Of a stretch of 64,000 bases of DNA, positions 1 through 9,584 are shown in pieces (position 1 is the stretch's first letter; each line of letters opens with the position of its first letter). The DNA comes from Bacteroidota bacterium. Lineage in GTDB: Bacteria > Bacteroidota > Bacteroidia > Bacteroidales > WCHB1-69. The stretch spans positions 14,523 to 78,522 of the forward strand of contig WQTS01000142.1 of assembly GCA_009786185.1 (NCBI GenBank), read 5' to 3'. The translations under genes were made by a program, and so were the position numbers. A model generated the notes under the pieces. That model was not told where the DNA came from. It saw only the letters and a list, made by a program, of their open reading frames with translations, and ran no database searches.

Positions 1-1494
1 GGTGGTCATTACAATATGCTTGCCCAATTCGTACGCATCGGTTTTGGCAATCATGGCGGAGTAGCTTTTTATACGCACGGCAAAATCTTGCAAACGCGCT
101 TTCGTGGGCGCATTTACATCCAAATTATAAAGATCGGGGTTCTCTATCACATTCCACACGCGTGTATTTTGTTCATGCGCGCACACTATGATTTTGTCCA
201 CAGTGGTGGCGCCAATGCCGCGCATCGGATAATTGATCACCCTGCGCAACGATTCCTCGTCATGATGGTTGATTGCCAAGCGAAAATAAGCCAAAACGTC
301 CTTAATCTCTTTACGTTTGTAAAACGAAATGCCACCAAAAACAATGTACGGAATGTTTTTTTTGAGCAACGCTTCTTCTAAAGCACGCGATTGAGCGTTA
401 GTTCTGTATAAAATGGCAAAATGTGAATTGTTCTTTTGGTAATTTTGTTTGGTTTCAAAAATAGAGTGTGCAACCTCCTGAGCTTCATCATTATCGCTGT
501 TTGTTTTTAAGATTTCGATAAAATCTCCGGTTTCATTTTCAGTCCAAACTTCTTTATGCCATTGATCTTGATTGTTTTTAATCACTGCATTTGCCGCATT
601 TACAATATGTTGTGTGGAACGATAATTTTGCTCTAATTTAATGATTTTAGATTCAGGATAATCTTTCTTAAAATTCAAGATGTTTTGAATATTGGCGCCG
701 CGAAACGCATAAATGCTTTGCGCATCATCGCCCACCACACAAATATTGTGATGTGTTGCCGCTAACTTTTTTACAATCAAATATTGTGCAAAATTAGTAT
801 CCTGATACTCATCTACTAAAATATATTGAAATCTGTTTTGATATTTGTGTAAAACCTCCGGAAAATCGCGCAGCAATACATTCATAAAATACAGCAAATC
901 ATCGAAATCCATGGCGTTAGAATTTTTTAAACGAGTATTATACCGTTTAAAAATCTCGGCAATATATGGTTTTCCGTTCATTCTATCAGCTTCTATAATC
1001 TCGGAACTTTGCGCATAGTCGTTCGCCGAAAGCAAACTTGATTTTGCTGATGAAATTCGGTGCAATATATGACTCGCCACGTAGGTTTTCGGATCTAAAT
1101 TCATCTCTTTTACGATACTTTTGAGCAAGTTTTTTGCATCATCGGTATCATAAACGGTGATATTGCGCATAAAACCCAATTTTTCGTGCTCTACTTGAAT
1201 AATACGATGAAAAACGCCGTGAAATGTGCCCATCATCACGGCTTTGGCGTTCGAATCGCCCACCAATTGAAAAATACGTTCCTTCATTTCGGCAGCGGCT
1301 TTATTTGTAAAAGTGAGCGCCAAAATGCGATAGGGATTAATGCCTTGCGAAAGCATGTAAGCAATGCGATAAGTAAGTGCGCGCGTTTTGCCCGATCCGG
1401 CGCCGGCAATTACCATTACAGGACCGGCAATTTGCGCTACGGCATCGCGCTGTGAGTCGTTGAGTTGAGAAAGAATGTTCTGTTCTGTAGTCAT
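1..1494 (-). CDS. UvrD/PcrA/Rep-family ATP-dependent DNA helicase (N-terminal part; C-terminus runs off the window start)
   Basis: Not in the ORF track because it is open to the window edge. My reverse-strand translation from the ATG at 1494 gives TTEQNILSQLNDSQRDAVAQIAGPVMVIAGAGSGKTRALTYRIAYML (Walker A), and QYILVDEYQDTN further on. The frame is still open at position 1. Confidence 0.85.
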   Translation of the reverse strand, partial: MTTEQNILSQLNDSQRDAVAQIAGPVMVIAGAGSGKTRALTYRIAYMLSQGINPYRILALTFTNKAAAEMKERIFQLVGDSNAKAVMMGTFHGVFHRIIQVEHEKLGFMRNITVYDTDDAKNLLKSIVKEMNLDPKTYVASHILHRISSAKSSLLSANDYAQSSEIIEADRMNGKPYIAEIFKRYNTRLKNSNAMDFDDLLYFMNVLLRDFPEVLHKYQNRFQYILVDEYQDTNFAQYLIVKKLAATHHNICVVGDDAQSIYAFRGANIQNILNFKKDYPESKIIKLEQNYRSTQHIVNAANAVIKNNQDQWHKEVWTENETGDFIEILKTNSDNDEAQEVAHSIFETKQNYQKNNSHFAILYRTNAQSRALEEALLKKNIPYIVFGGISFYKRKEIKDVLAYFRLAINHHDEESLRRVINYPMRGIGATTVDKIIVCAHEQNTRVWNVIENPDLYNLDVNAPTKARLQDFAVRIKSYSAMIAKTDAYELGKHIVMTT

Positions 1495-1561
1495 AAATAA
1501 ATGTAAAAATGAGAAGATTAAAAGATTTACAAGTCGAAAGTAGATGTAGCGGCGAAGATAA

Positions 1562-1606
1562 TAAAAAAAGGGGCGCTACGCACAACGCCCCTATGAGTTT
1601 TTTAGA
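1562..1606. terminator. Bidirectional rho-independent terminator hairpin
   Basis: AGGGGCG (1569-1575) pairs with CGCCCCT (1586-1592). An A-run lies on one side and a T-run on the other. It sits between the helicase start and the stop of the 1620..2552 gene. Confidence 0.6.
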
Positions 1607-1619
1607 TGGACTCGTTTTA

Positions 1620-2552
1620 TTAATTTACAATCATTTTTTTAGCATCTGTTCTTTCTCCATTAATAAAAAGCGCATAATGATACATGCCCACAGGCATACC
1701 GGCAACCGTAATTTTTGTTTGATAACTTCCTTCTGCTAAAGTTCCTTGAGGCAAACTTTTTACCAATTGGCCGGCAATATTGTAAATAGCAATTTCAACC
1801 GCGCCTTCGGCGTAAATTTCAAAATCTATGGTTGTAATTCCGGTGGCGAGGTTCGGAACGTTTTGACCCAAAGCGCCTTTTTTATTGGTTTGCGGTATGG
1901 AGTAAGCGGTTTGCGGTTTTTGGGATTTTATTTGGGGTAGTGTGGCCTTGTTGATTTCATGTTCCTGTTTTGAGTGGGGTTTGATATCTGTAAGACGGTA
2001 ATGCCATCTAGGAGTACCTGATTTAGCACCGCCAATCGTATCCGCCTCCATCATTAAATGAATATCGCCCAAATCTATTACTGCAAAAACACTGTCCTGA
2101 TAACTTGGTGGATTTTCAATGCGATTTTCATACCAGTCTATTGCCGGTTGCCAGTTTTTACCAACTACGTTACAACGCGTTGCCAAAAAGTCTGCCACAT
2201 CGAACAAAGTGCTGTCGGCAGGCGTAAAGGCAGCGTAATAGTTACCCAAGGTTGCATAATCGTTATCTAAAAATTGCTCCAAAGCAAAGAGCTCGTGTAG
2301 TGAGGCAATGGCAAAGGGGTCATCGGGATAGGTTTCGATTAACTCTATAAAAGCGGTTTTTGCAGCAGTATAGTTTTCATCTGCAAAATATTCTATACCC
2401 GTTTCATAGAGTACTTTTCCGCCGGACGTACAGGGAGTGCCTTGCGGATCCCATACAGGAGCAGTTATGAATTGTTTCGAAGGATAGATATTTATTATGG
2501 TCAAAATTGCTGCTCCAGTAATTACAAGAAATATTGATAGGAGACAATTCAT
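1620..2552 (-). CDS. T9SS-sorted protein fragment (helical/TPR-like region plus C-terminal Por/T9SS sorting domain)
   Basis: The C-terminus (IDFEIYAEGAVEIAIYNIAGQLVKSL...GMYHYALFINGERTDAKKMIVN) has the typical T9SS CTD pattern. It overlaps the upstream same-strand ORF by about 150 nt, so it is probably the 3' part of a larger frameshifted gene. Confidence 0.6.
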   Translation of the reverse strand: MNCLLSIFLVITGAAILTIINIYPSKQFITAPVWDPQGTPCTSGGKVLYETGIEYFADENYTAAKTAFIELIETYPDDPFAIASLHELFALEQFLDNDYATLGNYYAAFTPADSTLFDVADFLATRCNVVGKNWQPAIDWYENRIENPPSYQDSVFAVIDLGDIHLMMEADTIGGAKSGTPRWHYRLTDIKPHSKQEHEINKATLPQIKSQKPQTAYSIPQTNKKGALGQNVPNLATGITTIDFEIYAEGAVEIAIYNIAGQLVKSLPQGTLAEGSYQTKITVAGMPVGMYHYALFINGERTDAKKMIVN

Positions 2553-3207
2553 ATTGATTTCCCGGATCTATTCCTCTGTTCGGAACATCGTAATAAATTC
2601 TTGGAATGCTAAGAGGATTATTTTCTCTTAGAACCTGATTATAGATGAACAATGTAGGAAAAGCATTGTTGGAAGCGTAAAGTTGATATGAACTGTTGTC
2701 ACGAATAATTTGAAAGTCATAAAAAGCACCAGGATCAAAAGAGCCATCAAAATCTGTAAAAGTAGTCTGACTGTTGTTAAACAAACGGACACCAAAGCGA
2801 TTGTTGTATATTTTGTTACCTAAAACCTGCGCTTTGGAATTGTAAATATACAATCCGGTTTCACATTGGGTAATATTATTTCCTGAAATCAGATTTTTAT
2901 TGACGTTACCTTTTCCTGCATAATTCAGATAGATTCCTTCACCATAAGAAACTATTTGTGGATCAGGAGGAAGCCCTTCTTTGCCTGTATCAACGTTGAT
3001 AATAGTATTACCAATGATTTGAAACTCTTTAATCCCGTTTAACATAATAGATGCTTTAGAATAGATGGGAGCACGATCCTGTCCGCTGTAGCCGGTGATG
3101 AATTGTCCGGTATTGCGAAACGAACTGCCTGTAATGGTTACAGATGGTATAAATGGCTCAGGTAATGGAATCGCTTGAGGAATACCGGCTTTAAAACCTG
3201 ATTTCAA
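2404..3207 (-). CDS. Right-handed beta-helix repeat region (middle fragment of the same large secreted protein)
   Basis: Contains repeated GN.I...N-type segments (IIGNTIINV, ISGNNITQCETGLYIYNS, LGNKIYNNRFGVRLFNNS). The ORF 'start' is TTG directly abutting the stop of the upstream ORF, offset by one frame. Confidence 0.5.
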   Translation of the reverse strand: MKSGFKAGIPQAIPLPEPFIPSVTITGSSFRNTGQFITGYSGQDRAPIYSKASIMLNGIKEFQIIGNTIINVDTGKEGLPPDPQIVSYGEGIYLNYAGKGNVNKNLISGNNITQCETGLYIYNSKAQVLGNKIYNNRFGVRLFNNSQTTFTDFDGSFDPGAFYDFQIIRDNSSYQLYASNNAFPTLFIYNQVLRENNPLSIPRIYYDVPNRGIDPGNQYELSPINISCNYWSSNFDHNKYLSFETIHNCSCMGSARHSLYVRRKSTL

Positions 3208-4316
3208 AAAATGGCAATTTTGAATATTAACGATGCTATACGTAGTAATGACATCGCTGCGGTTGGAAAAAGTACAATTTGTCCCGAAACTTGATTTACA
3301 CTTGTTGCACTCCTTTCATCATTGGCAAATACCACATGTTTTTTCCATGGTTGGTTGTGATATTCTGTCTCGAAATATATTGTTTTCTCAATAATATTAT
3401 GCAGGCGTGTCAAACCGCCATTGTCACCGGTATTCAAATTATTAGGAACGCAAAAACGTCCTATAAAAAGGTCGCCAAAACGATCGTATATTCCGTTGCT
3501 CCCTTTAGTAATACAGGAAAAATAGTAATCCGAAGTCATCTCTGGATTGCTCGAAACACCATGGTCATAAGAGCTTGGCATGCCGGAATTTTCTGTGCCA
3601 ACTTCGCCTATCAATAGTACATACCCAAGCTTGCCATCTAAGGTATTGCGTGCCGTACCCGTTTCGTAAATCGTGCGGATGCAGGTGCGGATGCGTTGCT
3701 CTTTTTTGTAAGTTGTATCAATAGGAATTTTTAATTGGCCTTCATAAAAAAATCCCATACCGTCCGAGATAATGTCTTCCACATTGAGTATCATGATGTC
3801 AAATCCGTTATATTGAGCGCGATGGTTGGCAATGCGTTTCACTTCGTCATGCGGTTGGTTACCGGAAAAAAAGGCATTGGCGCAAATGATTAAATAATCT
3901 GCGGTAATGTTATCAATCTGCTGCGGGTTGTTTATCCGTTTCCATTGTACATTGCCGTCGTTGTTGGTGTGAGCTTCATAAGCCGGAACCGGATACACCG
4001 TATAGTTAGCAAAGGTTTGTTTCCCCGATAGGGTTACGGTATATAGAATTTCGCTACATTCGGGAATGGCGAGCATTTTGGTAACCACCGGAATTTCCGG
4101 ACTGCCAACTTCACCCGTTACTCCACATTCCGGCAACGACAAGCGTTTGTAAACACCTGAAGTTTCGTTTTTAGATTCTACATACATCCCCGACAGGTTT
4201 ACTGTAAACGATACCTGCTGATTGTCTGACCTGTTTACGGAAATTTCCGGAGGCGTACCTTCCGCCCTACTTCCAAAACTTACCCATCCCTGGGCGTTGA
4301 TAGCCATGCTCAACAT
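3204..4316 (-). CDS. Peptidase C25 (gingipain)-like N-terminal propeptide/catalytic-domain fragment
   Basis: The N-terminus (FTVNLSGMYVESKNETSGVYKRLSLPECGVTGEVGSPEIPVVTKMLAIPE) resembles the C25 propeptide. DYLIICANAFF and DLFIGRF resemble the start of the C25 catalytic domain. I could not find the catalytic His/Cys segment. Confidence 0.5.
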   Translation of the reverse strand: MLSMAINAQGWVSFGSRAEGTPPEISVNRSDNQQVSFTVNLSGMYVESKNETSGVYKRLSLPECGVTGEVGSPEIPVVTKMLAIPECSEILYTVTLSGKQTFANYTVYPVPAYEAHTNNDGNVQWKRINNPQQIDNITADYLIICANAFFSGNQPHDEVKRIANHRAQYNGFDIMILNVEDIISDGMGFFYEGQLKIPIDTTYKKEQRIRTCIRTIYETGTARNTLDGKLGYVLLIGEVGTENSGMPSSYDHGVSSNPEMTSDYYFSCITKGSNGIYDRFGDLFIGRFCVPNNLNTGDNGGLTRLHNIIEKTIYFETEYHNQPWKKHVVFANDERSATSVNQVSGQIVLFPTAAMSLLRIASLIFKIAIF

Positions 4317-4379
4317 AAAAAATAATACTGAAATTAGAAAAAATTGTTTAATAACATTTAATTTGGTTAGTAATAAATT

Positions 4380-5270
4380 CTATTGTTTAATAATTTTTTT
4401 TGTTATTACTCCGTTTTCTGTTTGAATTCGCATAAAATAGACGCCTGTTTGCAAGTCTGAAATATCCAATGTGAATTCGTGTGGCACTTGAAACGTGTAG
4501 GACAGTAATTTTTTTCCATAAATTTCATAAATCTCAACATTTTTAATTTTCATTTCTTCATTTTTAATTTTTAATATACCACACGTTGGATTTGGGTAGA
4601 TGAAAATTAAATCGGACATACCAGTCTCATCAATTCCTACTTCTTCAACAATAAAATTGATGCTTACCATTACCGGTTCGCAACCATTTCCAAACACGGC
4701 TTCTACTCCAAATATATATTCGTCCGGTGCAAGGTTTTCAAATACATATTCCGTATTTGCAACAGTTGCTACATCACCCATTCCATTATATACATAATAT
4801 CCGGCAGGGTTTCCTTCGGCTGCTTTCCATTCAAGAAGTACGATGTTGTCTCGTTGCGTGGCAGTTAGATTTGAAACAGCAGGACAAGGGGTAGCACAAG
4901 GAGTGTACACCCCCTTGCAGGCTGATTCTGATACGCAAGTATCATATATCGCCTGAACACAAAAGTAGTTATGCCCAGATTCTGTAACAGTATGGATGTA
5001 AGTGAGTTTTGTTGTGTTTCCTATTAAAATCCCGTTAAAGAATATATAGTAAGAAACGAGAGCATCACCGTCTGTTACAAATGTTCTATTGGGATCTTCC
5101 CATGTTAAATGTACAACACATGTTTCAGAAGCATTGTGAACTTGCAAGGTTTTGACAGGATTGCAAGGTTCAATTTCACCAATTATCATGTAGCGTGGTA
5201 CAAATTCTGATTGTGCCATAGTGATGTGGCAAATCAGTGTTATCATTGCTAATGTCAATGTTTTTTTCAT
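4380..5270 (-). CDS. Secreted T9SS cargo protein (signal peptide, Fn3/Ig-like repeats, T9SS C-terminal sorting domain)
   Basis: N-terminal signal MKKTLTLAMITLICHITMAQ. C-terminus IYPNPTCGILKIKN...LDISDLQTGVYFMRIQTENGVITKKIIKQ. Confidence 0.8.
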   Translation of the reverse strand: MKKTLTLAMITLICHITMAQSEFVPRYMIIGEIEPCNPVKTLQVHNASETCVVHLTWEDPNRTFVTDGDALVSYYIFFNGILIGNTTKLTYIHTVTESGHNYFCVQAIYDTCVSESACKGVYTPCATPCPAVSNLTATQRDNIVLLEWKAAEGNPAGYYVYNGMGDVATVANTEYVFENLAPDEYIFGVEAVFGNGCEPVMVSINFIVEEVGIDETGMSDLIFIYPNPTCGILKIKNEEMKIKNVEIYEIYGKKLLSYTFQVPHEFTLDISDLQTGVYFMRIQTENGVITKKIIKQ

Positions 5271-5285
5271 AGTTTTTCATGTTTT

Positions 5286-5375
5286 TTATTGTTTTACTAC
5301 TTTTTTTATTATTATTCCTTTTTCTGTCATTATCCTAATAAAATAAATTCCTGCGGAAAAATTTGATACATCCAA
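5286..5375 (-). pseudogene. Orphan remnant of a T9SS C-terminal sorting domain (last 29 codons only)
   Basis: My reverse translation gives LDVSNFSAGIYFIRIMTEKGIIIKKVVKQ*. It parallels the end of the neighbouring gene (LDISDLQTGVYFMRIQTENGVITKKIIKQ*) and is preceded by an in-frame stop at 5376-5378. Confidence 0.55.
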
Positions 5376-5701
5376 TTATAAACATAATTATAATTTTCGA
5401 TGCAAAACTACTATTTTTTCGTAAAATAAGAAGAATTTACAACTTCAAAAAATTTATTTTGAATGAATCGTTATAAATCTTATAAATCTTAAAGAATAAG
5501 AAATAAAATATAATGATAATAATATTCATGTTAATAATGTTGATAACTTTTTTAACGTTATTTGTGAGCAAATTATAAAAAGAAAAAAGAAAACAAATTG
5601 TTGAAATCATATCGAAAAATTCTGTTTTTTTGTGGATAAAATTTTTATGAAAAGATATGAACATTGAATAAGTATTGAATTAACAGTTTATACACATAGA
5701 T

Positions 5702-6778
5702 ATGCACAATGACTTACAATTTTTGAAAACAAGAGCCAACCTTATTCGCTTCTCTTATATAGAAGAAATGGAAAAGCATTTATTGGCTTTCGAAAGCAGA
5801 GTATCTTCAAAGAATATCAAAGTAAGATGGATAAATTCAGCTGATGAGTTGGTAGGATTTATTTGTAAATCTATGTCAAAAAACAGCTATAATAAAGTTT
5901 GTTTTGACATTTCTGAGATTTATGATGACTTTTTTGAAAAAAAGAACTTCATTAAGTTAATAGATATTGATGTTCTTGAAAAAAATAACGATACTGCAGA
6001 AAATCTCGTCATTCAAGCAGATTTTGGTGTGGTGGAAAACGGCGGTGTTGTTTTAATTAATAAACTTAGTAAAAATTGTTTCAATAATCTTGAAAAACTA
6101 TTTATAGTTTTAAATATTAATGATTTAGTTGTTAGACAAAACGATCTTGAAATATTATTACATCTTCGAAAAGATGCAGATAATGTCTCTTATTTTGATG
6201 ATATTAAGATAATTTCTGCATCGCCATCTAGAATAATTGCCAAAAAATTTCAATCATCTGATGAAGATAGTTATACTTCGGAAAAAATGGAGGTTTTTGT
6301 ATTATTATACAATAATGGCATTACAGAAATATTGGAAGACAATTTGTTAAGAGAAACACTTTATTGTATTAATTGTGGTAGATGTAAAGAAGTTTGTCCG
6401 GTTTACCGGCAAACAGGAGGATTTTCTCCCATAGATTTAATAAAATATCATTGTAAAGAAGAGAACAAACGTGCACCAAAATTGTTTGAAAATACAACAC
6501 TTTGCGGAAATTGCAACGAAATTTGTCCGGTATTGATCAGTTTTACGCAACTTATTACGCATCAGATGCAAAACTTGCCCAGACGAAGCAGTAATCACGA
6601 GAAAAATATTGATCTTTTCAGGGTTTTTTCCAAACGTTCAAAAATGAATAAAATAAATTCACGTTTTCGCCGATATTTCTTTGTGAAGAAGTATTATGGT
6701 AAAAATAAGAAATTGGCAAATTATCTTTCTAAGTGTAAAGGCGATTTTTTCAATATTATGCAAAAAGAAACACATTAA
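5702..6778 (+). CDS. LutB-like LUD-domain / 4Fe-4S dicluster protein
   Basis: Two ferredoxin-type motifs, CINCGRCKEVCPVY and CGNCNEICPV, follow an N-terminal LUD-like region. The gene is AT-rich. Confidence 0.5.
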   Translation: MHNDLQFLKTRANLIRFSYIEEMEKHLLAFESRVSSKNIKVRWINSADELVGFICKSMSKNSYNKVCFDISEIYDDFFEKKNFIKLIDIDVLEKNNDTAENLVIQADFGVVENGGVVLINKLSKNCFNNLEKLFIVLNINDLVVRQNDLEILLHLRKDADNVSYFDDIKIISASPSRIIAKKFQSSDEDSYTSEKMEVFVLLYNNGITEILEDNLLRETLYCINCGRCKEVCPVYRQTGGFSPIDLIKYHCKEENKRAPKLFENTTLCGNCNEICPVLISFTQLITHQMQNLPRRSSNHEKNIDLFRVFSKRSKMNKINSRFRRYFFVKKYYGKNKKLANYLSKCKGDFFNIMQKETH

Positions 6779-6823
6779 TAATAAAAACAATACAATTTTT
6801 ATTCATCATTAAAAAAAATTATT

Positions 6824-8074
6824 ATGGCTATCGTAAAACCATTCAAAGGAATTCGTCCTCCGAAAGAGATTGTAAAACAATTAGCATCACGTCCTTACGA
6901 TGTATTAAATTCTGAAGAAGCGCGCGTAGAAGCAGAAGGAAATCCCTATTCCTTACTTCGTGTAACCAAGGCAGAAATCGATCTTCCCAAAGGAGTTGAT
7001 GAACACTCACAAGAAGTGTATGATAAAGTGGTAGAGAATTTTAAAATGTTTAAAGATAAAAAATGGTTGGTGCAAGATCCGGAAGAGAAATTCTACATTT
7101 ATGCGCAAACCATGGATGGCAGAACGCAATACGGCATTGTGGGCGCCGCGCATATTGATGATTATATGAACAATAATATCAAAAAACATGAGCTGACACG
7201 TAAAGATAAAGAGGAAGACCGCATGATTCACGTGCGCATTACCAATGCGAATGTGGAACCGGTATTTTTCTCCTATCCGGCAAATAAAAAAATTGATGCC
7301 ATTGTTGCAAAAATTGTAAAAGAGCAAGCTCCTGAGTATGATTTTGTGGCAGATGAAGGTTTTGGACATCATTTCTGGGTAATTAACGATCCGGCAATTA
7401 ACAAAGAGATTTCAGAAATTTTTGCAAAAGAGATTCCGGCATTATATGTGGCCGACGGACACCACAGAACTGCAGCGGCGGTTTTAGTTGGCGGCGAAAA
7501 ACGCGCCAACAATAAAAACCACACCGGCAATGAAGAATACAACTACTTTATGGCAGTTTTATTCCCGGATAATCAATTGAAAATTATTGACTATAACCGC
7601 GTTGTAAAAGACCTAAACGGCTTAACCAAAGAGCAACTCATCGAAGCACTAAAAGAAACTTTTGAAGTTCAAGAAATGGGAGCCGATATTTATACTCCCG
7701 CTAAATTGCACGAATTTAGCATGTACATCAGCGGTAAGTGGTATAAACTAAACGCGAAACCTGGTACTTACAACGACAACGACCCTATTGGCGTTTTAGA
7801 CGTTACCATCCTTTCTAACTTAGTATTAGACAAAATATTAGGAATAAAAGACCTACGCACTGACAAACGCATTGATTTCGTGGGCGGTATCCGCGGCTTA
7901 GGCGAATTGAAACGCCGCGTGGATAATGGCGAAATGGCGGTAGCTTTTGCTTTATATCCTGTTTCTATGAAACAATTAATTGATATTGCCGATACAGGGA
8001 ATATTATGCCTCCGAAAACGACTTGGTTTGAGCCGAAACTACGTTCGGGGCTAGTGATACATGAGCTGGAATAA
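6824..8074 (+). CDS. DUF1015 family protein
   Basis: MAIVKPFKGIRP...YDVLNSEEAR...VADGHHR is the characteristic DUF1015 pattern. Confidence 0.8.
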   Translation: MAIVKPFKGIRPPKEIVKQLASRPYDVLNSEEARVEAEGNPYSLLRVTKAEIDLPKGVDEHSQEVYDKVVENFKMFKDKKWLVQDPEEKFYIYAQTMDGRTQYGIVGAAHIDDYMNNNIKKHELTRKDKEEDRMIHVRITNANVEPVFFSYPANKKIDAIVAKIVKEQAPEYDFVADEGFGHHFWVINDPAINKEISEIFAKEIPALYVADGHHRTAAAVLVGGEKRANNKNHTGNEEYNYFMAVLFPDNQLKIIDYNRVVKDLNGLTKEQLIEALKETFEVQEMGADIYTPAKLHEFSMYISGKWYKLNAKPGTYNDNDPIGVLDVTILSNLVLDKILGIKDLRTDKRIDFVGGIRGLGELKRRVDNGEMAVAFALYPVSMKQLIDIADTGNIMPPKTTWFEPKLRSGLVIHELE

Positions 8075-8082
8075 CCTTGTAA

Positions 8083-8240
8083 GGGATTCCTCTCTGCGGT
8101 CGGAATGACACCGCTATTGGGAAATACTATCAAGCGGCGGCGGTACGGAACTTAAATTTTGTTCAGTATTTGCCGCCGCCGCTCTTTTTTCTGCGAACGC
8201 TCGTCCATTCCGAACGAAACGTAGCGTAGTGAGGAATCTC
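8083..8240. repeat. Nested palindromic REP-like element that includes a GC-rich terminator stem
   Basis: The outer arms are GGGATTCCTCTCTGCGGTCGGAATGACA (8083-8110) and GTCCATTCCGAACGAAACGTAGCGTAGTGAGGAATCTC (8203-8240), which are imperfect inverted copies. The inner stem AGCGGCGGCGG (8133-8143) / CCGCCGCCGCT (8173-8183) is followed by CTTTTTT. Confidence 0.5.
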
Positions 8241-8249
8241 GTTCTTCTT

Positions 8250-8927
8250 TTACCCAAACAGCACCACTGGAATCTCCAACGGACTCACCGATTTCCCATC
8301 TTTAAACACCCGCATGCTACCTCCGGAAATCTCATCAATAAGCGTTATTTTGCCGTTCACTCTGCCGAATTCAATCTTCATGTCGTATAACTCCGCGCCT
8401 TTTTTCGCTAATTCGTCATTGATAATTTTCGCAATTCGTTTTGTTAAATCTTTTAAGATTTCATACTCTTCTGCGGTTAAGATGCCGAGCATATCAAGCT
8501 GATCTTTTGTGATGGGCGGATCGCCACGCTCGTCGTCTTTTAAAGTGGTTTCTACCAAGAAATCCAAGTCTTGTCCGTTGGTGCAGTAATCGCCGAACCT
8601 TTTTAAGAAACTTCCTACTGCTTTAAGTCTGCAAATAACCTCAACGCCTTTGCCGAACATGGTAGCCGGTTTTACAATCATTTGCGCTTTGTCGACATTT
8701 GCCGATACTAAGTGAGTGGGAATGCCCGCTTCTTCTATTTTTTTGTAAAAGAAATCAGTAAGTCTTACACAAGACTTGCCGACTCCCTCAATCGTCAACG
8801 CTACTGTGTTTGCGCCTGGGTCGAATTTACCATCAGTACCGGTAACATCATCTTTAAACTGTAACAAATAATTGCCATCGCCATTATCGTACACATCTTT
8901 GGTTTTACCTTTATAAACCATTTTCAT
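8250..8927 (-). CDS. purC: Phosphoribosylaminoimidazole-succinocarboxamide (SAICAR) synthase
   Basis: YKGKTKDVY start, GIPTHL, and LYDMKIEFG with LIDEISGGSMR. Confidence 0.9.
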   Translation of the reverse strand: MKMVYKGKTKDVYDNGDGNYLLQFKDDVTGTDGKFDPGANTVALTIEGVGKSCVRLTDFFYKKIEEAGIPTHLVSANVDKAQMIVKPATMFGKGVEVICRLKAVGSFLKRFGDYCTNGQDLDFLVETTLKDDERGDPPITKDQLDMLGILTAEEYEILKDLTKRIAKIINDELAKKGAELYDMKIEFGRVNGKITLIDEISGGSMRVFKDGKSVSPLEIPVVLFG

Positions 8928-8969
8928 AACTAAAATAAATTAAGAATTAAAAACTAAGAATTAAGAGTT

Positions 8970-9527
8970 TTAGCGAGTTTGTTCAGACAATTTATCGTTG
9001 GCTTCAATCACTTTCTTTTTCATTGTTTCTTTAAACGTCATTAATTTGGCGTATAAATTGTCGTCTCCGCTTGCAATAATTTGCGTGGCTAAAATAGCTG
9101 CATTTCGCGCGCCGTTTAGCGCAACGGTTGCCACAGGAATACCGGCGGGCATTTGCAAAATAGAAAGAATTGAGTCCCAACCATCTATAGAAATAGACGC
9201 CTTAATAGGAACGCCAATAACGGGAATAGACGTGCAAGCTGCTACCACTCCGGGTAGATGTGCCGCGCCGCCTGCTCCGGCTATAAAGACTTTAATACCA
9301 CGGTCTTTGGCTGTTTTTGCCAAGTTGATAACCAATTCGGGTGTACGGTGAGCAGACAGGGCGTTAATTTCGCACCCAATACCCATTTCTTCCAAAAACT
9401 TTACGGCTTCTTCCATAATCGGGAAATCGGAAACACTTCCCATAATGATACTTACTAATGGTTTCATAATAATTTTTTTATGCTTTGTTTGACGTGCAAA
9501 AATAAATAAAAAACGGAAATTTTTCAT
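8970..9527 (-). CDS. purE: N5-carboxyaminoimidazole ribonucleotide mutase
   Basis: VSIIMGSVSDFPIM...SAHRTP...FIAGAGGAAHLPGVVAA...PVIGVPI. The true start is probably the internal ATG at 9467 (MKPLVSIIMGS). Confidence 0.9.
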   Translation of the reverse strand: MKNFRFLFIFARQTKHKKIIMKPLVSIIMGSVSDFPIMEEAVKFLEEMGIGCEINALSAHRTPELVINLAKTAKDRGIKVFIAGAGGAAHLPGVVAACTSIPVIGVPIKASISIDGWDSILSILQMPAGIPVATVALNGARNAAILATQIIASGDDNLYAKLMTFKETMKKKVIEANDKLSEQTR

Positions 9528-9584
9528 CTAAAATAGCATAGTTGAAAAAGTTTGTGTTTATTTGCATGCTAAATCCCTTCGCGA

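Noticed and set aside
16-1455. Plus-strand ORFs 16..381 and 1186..1455, and the minus-strand ORF 1337..1585.
   Set aside because: They overlap the UvrD-type helicase reading frame, which is open from 1494 to the window edge and carries clear Walker A and DEYQD motifs. They are antisense or off-frame shadows.
5437-5664. A 75-aa minus-strand ORF in the AT-rich gap upstream of the LutB-like gene.
   Set aside because: It has extreme low-complexity Ile/Asn/Phe/Lys composition arising from AT-rich intergenic DNA, and there is no supporting context.
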